In this document: in pieces, positions 28,065 to 35,000 of the stretch
How the letters are laid out: each line of letters opens with the position of its first letter
Position numbering within the stretch: position 1 is the stretch's first letter
From: a virus
Taxonomy: Duplodnaviria; Caudoviricetes
Length of the DNA: 64,000 nucleotides
Virus record (IMG/VR): IMGVR_UViG_3300030330_005139
Strand: one strand, 5' to 3'
Made by a program: the position numbers and the translations under genes
Notes under the pieces: model-generated
What the model saw: only the letters and a program-made list of their open reading frames with translations
Told to the model about the DNA's origin: nothing
Databases searched by the model: none

Positions 28065-28208
28065 ATGAAACTCGTTCTTTTCGTCATCGTTGGAATTCTG
28101 TTCTGGACGAGTGATGACGCACGAAACTTTACCGCTAATCAACTCAATAACGCAGCTGAAATCGTCCGACCTGATACTAACAAGAACTCCTTCACAATCA
28201 AATTCTGA
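28065..28208 (+). CDS. small membrane/secreted protein (47 aa)
   Basis: MKLVLFVIVGILFW..; stop abuts repeat 15. Confidence 0.7.
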   Translation: MKLVLFVIVGILFWTSDDARNFTANQLNNAAEIVRPDTNKNSFTIKF

Positions 28209-28264
28209 TTATTGTTTGTTACCACCAAAGCTCCCCTTTAGTGTAACCACTCATTCAACCAATC

Positions 28265-28501
28265 ATGACTAACACCACTTACAACGGCTGGGCCAATTAC
28301 GAGACCTGGAATGTCGCTCTCTGGCTTGGAAATGACGAATCGATGTATCAAATGGCTCGGATGTTCCGCCATCATGGTTATAAGTCACTTTCACACATGT
28401 TGGAAGAAACTTTCGGTTCTGTGACTCCCGATGGTGTATATTGGAAGCACTCTGATCTTGACATTGAAAGTCTCAATGAAATGTTAGAGGATGATTTCTG
28501 A
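28265..28501 (+). CDS. hypothetical phage protein
   Basis: YNGWANYETWNVALW..TPDGV motif. Confidence 0.8.
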   Translation: MTNTTYNGWANYETWNVALWLGNDESMYQMARMFRHHGYKSLSHMLEETFGSVTPDGVYWKHSDLDIESLNEMLEDDF

Positions 28502-28503
28502 TT

Positions 28504-28791
28504 ATGTCATCAATTTATCAACTCCGCGGATCCACTTTGGATCCTTTTCTTTCTGCTAAACTTGCACCTTTCATTCACGCACATCGTCCACATGATAAAC
28601 CTCCCGCTAAAGAAGATTTGGATAAAGGTGATTACATCCCCAAAGAATCGCCATTGTCTAAAGATAACATCATCGACACTTATAAGGCAATTAAGTATCA
28701 CCAAGACCTTGAATGGTTAAAGAGAAAGAGAGAGTATAATAGTAAGTGGAAAGGATACAGATCTCATTTTGCGTTAGGTATCTCCGAATGA
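28504..28791 (+). CDS. hypothetical protein
   Basis: 95 aa; ATGA coupling to next gene. Confidence 0.6.
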   Translation: MSSIYQLRGSTLDPFLSAKLAPFIHAHRPHDKPPAKEDLDKGDYIPKESPLSKDNIIDTYKAIKYHQDLEWLKRKREYNSKWKGYRSHFALGISE

Positions 28792-29249
28792 AAGAATTTG
28801 ATTATGAACTTGATTACAAACGTCTTGACTTTACAGATGAAGAAACTCGTCAACTTTATCGTATTGGAAGGGGAGAACAAGGGGTTTTATTGGTACGCCC
28901 TTACACAGACGATATTTGTGCTCATTGGAAATTTAAAACCCCTCGTTTAGCATCATTATCATCACAAAAGATTCTAAAGATGTATGAAGATTATAAGGAG
29001 AATAAGGACTTTATTGGTATGGATATGTGTCGTAAGTTTTTAGAGATGGGTTTCACAAGAGCAAGAAGATATGCCAATCATAAGGATGGAAAGAAGTATA
29101 ATTCTCAGGGGGAGGTGTTACCTCAGGAGAAGGATTGGAGAACATCACCTAAGGCACAATCTGCTGTCATTTTTAAGAAGATAAGGGACCAAGTTGCTTA
29201 TGATCCTGTTTATAAGGAGATGAGAAGGTTATGGAGGGATAATGAGTAA
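28788..29249 (+). CDS. DUF4385-like protein
   Basis: YRIGRGEQGVL..PY..WKFKT..DFIGMDMCRKFLEMGFTRARRYANH; start re-called to ATG 28788. Confidence 0.8.
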   Translation: MKEFDYELDYKRLDFTDEETRQLYRIGRGEQGVLLVRPYTDDICAHWKFKTPRLASLSSQKILKMYEDYKENKDFIGMDMCRKFLEMGFTRARRYANHKDGKKYNSQGEVLPQEKDWRTSPKAQSAVIFKKIRDQVAYDPVYKEMRRLWRDNE

Positions 29250-29535
29250 ATGGTCCTAAAAAAAGGTCATAAATAACACTTTTTTATTAAATAAATGGTT
29301 TTTTAAATGTGTATGAGTGTTTTATTGTTTTCCACAAGTAATGTTCAATTCTGTGGAAATCGTGTGGAATAGTGTGATAAACTGTGGAAAAGTAACAGAA
29401 TAAGAGAGAGAATTATGGTCATCTTTTATCGTCCTAAATGTCTCCTGCCGTTGTGACTTATGTGTCTGGAAATGTGCCAGGTCTTGTGATCTTATTGTCA
29501 GTTTATGTCACCTGGCGTTGTGATCTTGGCGAGCA
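29250..29535. other. putative replication origin-like element
   Basis: AT-rich tract 29256-29330; TTTTCCACA-type boxes at 29328, 29352, 29363, 29373 and 29383; ~34-bp repeats at 29437-29530. Confidence 0.55.
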
Positions 29536-29626
29536 TTCTAACAGAAGGACTCAGAAATGTCAACCCCCCTCCGAGACACTCCCACCCCCAGATTGCAATT
29601 CCTTATGTATGACTTTCGCAACACAC

Positions 29627-29656
29627 TTAACACAGTGGAGATATACTTGTTATAAT
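29627..29656 (+). promoter_or_regulatory. sigma70-like promoter with extended -10
   Basis: TTAACA-18-TATAAT with TG motif. Confidence 0.6.
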
Positions 29657-29694
29657 ACTTTTGTCCTCATAAAGGCACTGAGACTCAGCAGCAT

Positions 29695-30243
29695 ATGAAT
29701 ATACTTACCAAGACACTTTTAGGCACTCTGAGTCTACTCAGCACCATCACTGCCACTGTACTCTCAGGAGAACAGATTGGTAAGTATCACTTCATGACTG
29801 GTGAAGACTTTGGAGAACATGAAGCACTTGCCACACAACTGATTGATACACTGAACCAGATGAATGTGCCTGTGTTGGATGGTACTAAGAATGAACTCTC
29901 ACAGTGTACATCAAAGACGAGTAATGTTCTGGGGTACTACTCAGCAAAGCATGATGTGATGGTGATTTGTACTAAGGATGTTCCAGATTGGTTGAGGTTT
30001 GAGACATTGGTGCATGAGACAGTTCATGTCATTCAAGACGCCAGAGATGGGTTGGAGAATGACACATTAGGGCAACCTGGTAGGAGTTACATTTCTACCC
30101 TATATGGAGATCTGGCTAAGAAGAAGCGCCGCCTAATCCGTGAGTCTTATCCACAGTCTCAGTGGAATGTTGAGGTGGAGGCATTCTACTTTGAGACGAA
30201 ACCTCAGGTGGTGTTGAATGAACTGAAGACGTGGGCATTCTGA
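29695..30243 (+). CDS. signal-peptide zincin-like metallopeptidase
   Basis: Hydrophobic N-terminus; LVHETVHVIQD; EVEA. Confidence 0.75.
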   Translation: MNILTKTLLGTLSLLSTITATVLSGEQIGKYHFMTGEDFGEHEALATQLIDTLNQMNVPVLDGTKNELSQCTSKTSNVLGYYSAKHDVMVICTKDVPDWLRFETLVHETVHVIQDARDGLENDTLGQPGRSYISTLYGDLAKKKRRLIRESYPQSQWNVEVEAFYFETKPQVVLNELKTWAF

Positions 30244-30282
30244 TGGTGTTATTGTTAGTAACCTCGAAACCTCTTCTTTAGT

Positions 30283-30519
30283 ATGAACAACACTTCTACC
30301 ATCACTTTCCGTCAAGCACTTGTCATTCTTGAAGAACACTTTGACTCAACCTATCGTGGCATCAAAAGTGTTCGTGAAATGTGTTCAGATTTGACTGACG
30401 CGATGTATTGGGACAAGGAAGATCCCAACACAATCTATCATCAATTCGAGACTAAATTTGGTCCGAATCGTATTGTCAAAGACGATCAAATCATCAAACT
30501 TGCTCTACACTACGTTTGA
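30283..30519 (+). CDS. hypothetical protein
   Basis: ATG inside repeat 16. Confidence 0.7.
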   Translation: MNNTSTITFRQALVILEEHFDSTYRGIKSVREMCSDLTDAMYWDKEDPNTIYHQFETKFGPNRIVKDDQIIKLALHYV

Positions 30520-30527
30520 CCCATTGA

Positions 30528-30556
30528 TTGACAACTAAGGAAGAAACAGTTATTAT
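30528..30556 (+). promoter_or_regulatory. sigma70-like promoter
   Basis: TTGACA-17-TATTAT. Confidence 0.75.
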
Positions 30557-30560
30557 ACAT

Positions 30561-30709
30561 ATGTGAGACCAAATCCCTAAGGTCTATAAACTTAGAGGGA
30601 CACATAGAGAGTGGTTACTTTATGTGAGCTGTAAAGATTGGTGGTTCTTTCTTTATAGTCTAGTGGTTACAAAAAACAAGGGCTGGGGGTGGTTCCCCTG
30701 GTCCTTTTT
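30561..30709 (+). ncRNA. putative ~150-nt structured sRNA with four GUGGUU motifs
   Basis: Own promoter and terminator, no ORF; G-U-containing hairpins at 30601-30626, 30628-30659 and 30678-30706, each with UGGUU in the loop. Confidence 0.65.
30678..30709 (+). terminator. intrinsic terminator
   Basis: AAGGGCTGGGGG-TGGTT-CCCCTGGTCCTT followed by T run. Confidence 0.75.
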
Positions 30710-30769
30710 ATTGCCTGGTTGTTATCACTGAAGTGGTGGTTATTATGTGACACAAAGTAACACTGAGAT

Positions 30770-30798
30770 TTGACAAATAAGAACAGTTCTGGTATACT
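30770..30798 (+). promoter_or_regulatory. sigma70-like promoter
   Basis: TTGACA-17-TATACT with TG extended -10. Confidence 0.75.
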
Positions 30799-31040
30799 GA
30801 AGGGACAGTGATTTCCGTTGTTATAGTATATCGGGGTGTCCGGCTTAGTGAATAATAAGTAATAAGGGTAATAAGGGTTAACCCCCGAATGACCCCCCCC
30901 CTACTTTTTTCGAAAAGTCTAACCTACAAAGGTGACAATTCGAGCGAACAATATCTTTCTAATAAAAATATTTCTGAGGTATACGAAGGTAAATCTATGT
31001 CGAATTCAATGAGACACCCGTCGAAACACTTAAAGCACTT

Positions 31041-31208
31041 ATGAGACCAGAAACAAGAAAGTCCATGGAGATGTTATTCACCGCCCGTTGGAATGTCCCG
31101 AAGGCAGCCAGACACTGTAACCTCACAGATAAGGAAATGAAGATTACTTTCAATGAGTATTGTCGTCTCAACCCTCCCACCTGGAAAGTCTCTGAGACCC
31201 CCCTGTGA
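31041..31208 (+). CDS. small cyanophage-type protein (55 aa)
   Basis: MRPETRKSMEMLFTARWNVPKAARHCNLTDKEMKITFNEYC..; below ORF-track cutoff. Confidence 0.7.
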   Translation: MRPETRKSMEMLFTARWNVPKAARHCNLTDKEMKITFNEYCRLNPPTWKVSETPL

Positions 31209-31282
31209 TCCCCTCAGAGAGGCTTTATGACACTCAGTGTGTGTTTATGTTATAACTAAGATATCCTTACAATTACTCACCT

Positions 31283-31459
31283 ATGATTGAAAGTAAAGGA
31301 GAGGTTTATCATGTTTACTGTGAAAGAGAATGTGTGATGAATAATCTTCCAAAAGAAAAGTTTGAGTCTGTGTGGGAATTCTGTAAAGAACTGCAAGACT
31401 CTCGGTTTTCTTATGAGAGATGTGATACAATCAAAACACTCGAAGAGGAGAGTTATTGA
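31283..31459 (+). CDS. hypothetical protein (58 aa)
   Basis: Open frame MIESKGEVYHVY..EEESY. Confidence 0.6.
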   Translation: MIESKGEVYHVYCERECVMNNLPKEKFESVWEFCKELQDSRFSYERCDTIKTLEEESY

Positions 31460-31461
31460 CC

Positions 31462-31617
31462 ATGAAGAAGTATCTGGGTCACTGTGTTGGTCAGGTCGGA
31501 GTTCCGGCAATTCATAACGTCATCGTCGAAGCTCGTAATCCAATTCAAGCTCGACAGTTCCTTGAGGCTCGTTATCCGGGTTACACGAAGTATTACACAA
31601 GCTCACAGGTTTCCTGA
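31462..31617 (+). CDS. hypothetical protein (51 aa)
   Basis: GAGGAG RBS-like sequence upstream; VEA.N..QAR..LEARYPG. Confidence 0.6.
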   Translation: MKKYLGHCVGQVGVPAIHNVIVEARNPIQARQFLEARYPGYTKYYTSSQVS

Positions 31618-31635
31618 AAGTGAGGTGCAACCGAA

Positions 31636-31845
31636 ATGAAGTTTGATCTCACAATGGAAGACTTCACCATTATTCAGAATGCTCTTCATTATTATAAGCA
31701 CGTTGAGAAACGGGGACAGTTCCAACAGTATGACGTTGAGAGAGTGAATCAACTCAGAGATAAGTTATCTTATCAGTTGATTCCAAGTCCCATGTCTCGT
31801 CGCATTGATGAGAGTGACTATGAGGATGAGTCTGAGGGATTATGA
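31636..31845 (+). CDS. hypothetical protein
   Basis: GAGGT RBS; 69 aa. Confidence 0.7.
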   Translation: MKFDLTMEDFTIIQNALHYYKHVEKRGQFQQYDVERVNQLRDKLSYQLIPSPMSRRIDESDYEDESEGL

Positions 31846-32402
31846 AAAAACCGGCGAAAAATAGGGCCGTTAAGAAAAAGAAAATCGTCCAAACATTTCC
31901 CAACTTCTTATCTAAGGAAGATTGGGACACGTCATTCTTTGAATATCTCCAACGACCGAAGTGGGGATATGGTCACGCTTCGGCAAGAAAAACGCCGTCA
32001 GTTCATTCTGCTCCTCTGTATTGGGAGATGATACTTGATGATGATGACTTCTTTGTTGAACATGTTTTTAATAAGATCAAGGAAGTTACTGGAGATGATC
32101 TTATTCTGAAAAAAGTGTATGCTGGAGGTAACACCTTCGGCACATCTGGTGACGTTCATATTGACGATTCAAAGGACATCTCACGGACTTTCTTGTATCA
32201 TGCCAGTCCAGACGTATGGAAACCAATGTGGGGTGGTAAGACAATCTTTTATCCAGAAGATCGAGATCCAATCTATAAAGAGTTTGTACCAAATCAAGGT
32301 CTTTACTTTAAATCAAACATCCCTCACATGGGAGAACCAACAACAAAGTTCTTTGAAGGTTTGAGGATCTGTGTCGCATTTAAGATGGCTGTAAAAATTT
32401 GA
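31842..32402 (+). CDS. 2OG-Fe(II) oxygenase
   Basis: HID..W..WGG.T.F..IPH.G..R..VAFK. Confidence 0.8.
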   Translation: MKKPAKNRAVKKKKIVQTFPNFLSKEDWDTSFFEYLQRPKWGYGHASARKTPSVHSAPLYWEMILDDDDFFVEHVFNKIKEVTGDDLILKKVYAGGNTFGTSGDVHIDDSKDISRTFLYHASPDVWKPMWGGKTIFYPEDRDPIYKEFVPNQGLYFKSNIPHMGEPTTKFFEGLRICVAFKMAVKI

Positions 32403-32479
32403 GTGTAGATTGTTGTTGAACCAAATAAATAAGTTTGTTATAATAACTTTATTCATTGTTTTCGTTGGAGATTGATTGA

Positions 32480-33298
32480 ATGGCCAAGGGGTTTACTGTG
32501 AAGGCGTCAAAGCCTGTTGCAAAGAAGAATGCATCTCAAGAGAATCCTTGGGATTATCAAGCAATTAAAGATCGATGGCGTGGAAAGACGATTGTGTTCT
32601 GTCTTCCAGGTCGTGGATGTTCTTACACCTTTCTGAAGAACTTCCTTCAGTTGGCATTTGATCTGGTTCAGAATGGAATGAGTATCCAGATTAGTCAGGA
32701 TTACTCTTCGATGGTAAACTTCGCACGTTGTAAGTGTTTGGGTGCAAATGTTCTCCGTGGACCTGATCAGATTCCCTGGGATGGTAAGTTGAATTATGAT
32801 TATCAACTTTGGATCGACAGTGACATTGTCTTCTCCACTGAAAAATTCTGGCAACTGGCTGATCTGGCACTTCCCGCTGATGCAGTCGATGAGAACGGTG
32901 AAACAGTTGAAGGAAAGGATCATCCAATCTCAGCAGGTTGGTATTCAACTGAAGATGGTCGTACCACCTCTGTTGCACACTGGTTGGAAGAAGACGACTT
33001 CCGTAACAATGGCGGTGTGATGAATCATGAGATGGTTGATGGTATCAGTAAGCGTCGGAAACCATTTACTGTTGATTACACTGGATTTGGTTGGGTTCTG
33101 ATCAAGAAAGGTGTGTTTGAAAACGAACAGATGAAGTATCCTTGGTTCGCACCTAAGATGCAGGTGTTTGAGTCTGGGGCTGTTCAGGACATGTGTGGTG
33201 AAGACGTTTCCTTCTGTCTGGATGCCATTGAAGCTGGATTTGAGATCTGGTGTGATCCTCGAATTCGTGTTGGTCACGAGAAGACACGCATTATTTGA
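32480..33298 (+). CDS. GT-A fold glycosyltransferase-like protein
   Basis: WIDSDIVF (DxD), TGFGWVLI, GEDVSFC, VGHEK. Confidence 0.75.
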   Translation: MAKGFTVKASKPVAKKNASQENPWDYQAIKDRWRGKTIVFCLPGRGCSYTFLKNFLQLAFDLVQNGMSIQISQDYSSMVNFARCKCLGANVLRGPDQIPWDGKLNYDYQLWIDSDIVFSTEKFWQLADLALPADAVDENGETVEGKDHPISAGWYSTEDGRTTSVAHWLEEDDFRNNGGVMNHEMVDGISKRRKPFTVDYTGFGWVLIKKGVFENEQMKYPWFAPKMQVFESGAVQDMCGEDVSFCLDAIEAGFEIWCDPRIRVGHEKTRII

Positions 33299-33305
33299 GT
33301 CAAGG

Positions 33306-33671
33306 ATGTATAATCTGACTGTGTACACTTATCTTGCTCCCAGTAAAGTCTGTGACGGGGTGGGTGTCTTTTCTTTAGTTGATATTCCACAAGACACTGT
33401 TATCTTTAAACCAAAGACATGTATTCAGATTACTGATGTGTCTCCTGAGATACAGAACTATCTCAAGAAGATATCTTATTATGATGATAATGGTTATTGG
33501 ATTGATGATGATCTACAACGGTTAGGTCAACAGTATTACATTAATCATTCACATCATCCGAATGTATCTTACGAACGTAGTACAGGACAATTGTATGCGA
33601 TTCGTGATATAATTAAGGACGAAGAACTCACTGATTATTATTTTCCAGGAGAAAGGGATTGGCTTACTTAA
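33306..33671 (+). CDS. SET-domain protein
   Basis: GVGVFS..DIP; INHSHHPNV; AIRDI..EELT..Y; start re-called to ATG 33306. Confidence 0.8.
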   Translation: MYNLTVYTYLAPSKVCDGVGVFSLVDIPQDTVIFKPKTCIQITDVSPEIQNYLKKISYYDDNGYWIDDDLQRLGQQYYINHSHHPNVSYERSTGQLYAIRDIIKDEELTDYYFPGERDWLT

Positions 33672-34339
33672 ATCACAGTTTACCTGATTGGTCTTGTTAC
33701 ATTCGTAACGAGTTTCTTTTCAATCACAAGAAGGGACATGGAGAAGTTACCAGGTGTGATGTTCACTGTGTCGCAAGTATTGAAAAGAGAGTTCCACTCT
33801 TTGAGGCGTTTCTTGAGAATGGTGTGAACTGGACTCGTCGTCCCTTACACGCTTTTTGTTGGAAACCAGACGCACCGGTTGAACCTCTTGAAGATACGAT
33901 GTACTGGGATTGTTTCTCACCTTACATTGATGTTCAACGAAGACATCGATTGGCTGGACTGAATGCTGAACTCATTCGTCCTGATGGAAAGAAGGTGTTG
34001 GGAACTTACATGTTCACTCTGGATTGGTCTTGGGAGAACAAAGGTGTTCCTGACCTGAATTTCTCTGAGACACCCGAACACAAGTGTGCTCACCTGTTCA
34101 AGATGGAGAACGGTAATTATTACGCTTATCCAAATAATCGAATCATTTGGTTTGATGACGCTTGGACATTCAATCGAATCGATAAGAACCCTGGGTTTGA
34201 GATTGACACCACTGTTTACTCTGTCGAAAACAAGAGACGAATTGAAACAAGTGATCACTTCATGTATGAGATCACAGATTTGACAAGACAACCCTATGAA
34301 GTTACACTTGAATCGGACACAGAAGAGGACAACAACTAA
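33659..34339 (+). CDS. hypothetical phage protein
   Basis: 226 aa, TTG start; WDCFS..YMFTLDW..EHKC.H..YPNNR. Confidence 0.75.
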   Translation: MAYLNHSLPDWSCYIRNEFLFNHKKGHGEVTRCDVHCVASIEKRVPLFEAFLENGVNWTRRPLHAFCWKPDAPVEPLEDTMYWDCFSPYIDVQRRHRLAGLNAELIRPDGKKVLGTYMFTLDWSWENKGVPDLNFSETPEHKCAHLFKMENGNYYAYPNNRIIWFDDAWTFNRIDKNPGFEIDTTVYSVENKRRIETSDHFMYEITDLTRQPYEVTLESDTEEDNN

Positions 34340-34498
34340 ATGGCAATGACTTGGAGTACCGCTAAGGTACACACTCATAAAGACGGTCACACTATGGGTG
34401 ATCGAAATAAACGAACCTCAATTGGTAACGGTCATCGTAAGCGAGGATCCTACAAACTTCGTGGAAAGAAAGCCTATCGAGGCCAAGGACGTAAATGA
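34340..34498 (+). CDS. small basic protein (52 aa)
   Basis: Ends KKAYRGQGRK; followed by terminator. Confidence 0.7.
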   Translation: MAMTWSTAKVHTHKDGHTMGDRNKRTSIGNGHRKRGSYKLRGKKAYRGQGRK

Positions 34499-34505
34499 GA
34501 TTCAT

Positions 34506-34538
34506 AAGTTCTGTGGGAGAAATCCTACAGAACTTTTT
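34506..34538 (+). terminator. intrinsic terminator
   Basis: AAGTTCTGTGGGA-GAAA-TCCTACAGAACTT followed by T run. Confidence 0.8.
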
Positions 34539-34552
34539 CTTTGCTTACCCTT

Positions 34553-34559
34553 CTAAATA
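34553..34559 (+). promoter_or_regulatory. T4-type late promoter
   Basis: CTAAATA upstream of gp25. Confidence 0.75.
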
Positions 34560-34584
34560 ACTGAGAAATGCTGTAAGGATAAGC

Positions 34585-34995
34585 GTGCCTCTCATTCCAA
34601 CTGAAAGAAAGAGTTTTGCTTTCAAAGACATCAGTGCAACGTTTAAGATTAATCCTATCAATGATGATCTTATTGGGTTGAAGAATGAGAATGCAATTGC
34701 TCGTTCAATTCGTAATTTGATTCTGACTGTTCCTGGTGAGAAACCTTTTAATCCTCAAATTGGTTGTCGTGTCTCTGCTCTCTTATTTGAGAACTTTGAC
34801 AGTCTGACAGCTAACTCGATCAAAAGAGAAATTGAGTACACAGTCGATCGTTATGAACCGAGGGTCAAACTTCGTGAAGTTGAAGTTGAAGCAGATTTAG
34901 ACAGTCATAGTTTTCATGTTGTAATTCGTTATGACATCGTTGGAATACTTGTTCCAGCACAAGAGATTCAGTTCGCATTAGTTCCAACAAGGTAA
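34585..34995 (+). CDS. gp25: baseplate wedge subunit
   Basis: AIARSIRNLILT.PGEKPFNP..G..LFE..YEPRV. Confidence 0.9.
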   Translation: MPLIPTERKSFAFKDISATFKINPINDDLIGLKNENAIARSIRNLILTVPGEKPFNPQIGCRVSALLFENFDSLTANSIKREIEYTVDRYEPRVKLREVEVEADLDSHSFHVVIRYDIVGILVPAQEIQFALVPTR

Positions 34996-35000
34996 GGTCA

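Larger units (their letters stand above)
20768..30288 (+). repeat. dispersed array of 16 direct 40-bp intergenic repeats delimiting gene cassettes
   Basis: Copies start at 20768, 21614, 22554, 23770, 24184, 24662, 24938, 25288, 25419, 26091, 26632, 27442, 27688, 28014, 28209, 30249; consensus WTATTGTTWGTWACCYCYAAAGCTCYCCTTTAGTGTAACC; no indels. Confidence 0.95.

Noticed and set aside
28090-28272. 60-aa track ORF crossing repeat 15
   Set aside because: Frame 28065-28208 fits better: ATG right after repeat 14 and stop abutting repeat 15.
29438-29698. 86-aa ORF over the origin-like region
   Set aside because: It overlaps the ~34-bp repeats, C-rich tracts and the promoter of 29695, and the translation is not protein-like.
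20768-30288. CRISPR array (core begins GTT, ends AAC and has a hairpin)
   Set aside because: Intervals range from ~90 bp to ~2 kb and hold intact, oriented genes; no uniform spacers and no cas genes in the window.
20768-30288. Classical integron attC array
   Set aside because: The RYYYAAC...GTTRRRY order is absent (here GTT precedes AAC), the site is shorter than attC, and no integrase is present in the window. Only the architecture is analogous.
30520-31040. tRNA genes in the non-coding gaps
   Set aside because: No cloverleaf with T-loop and acceptor stem found by eye; tRNAscan-SE would confirm.
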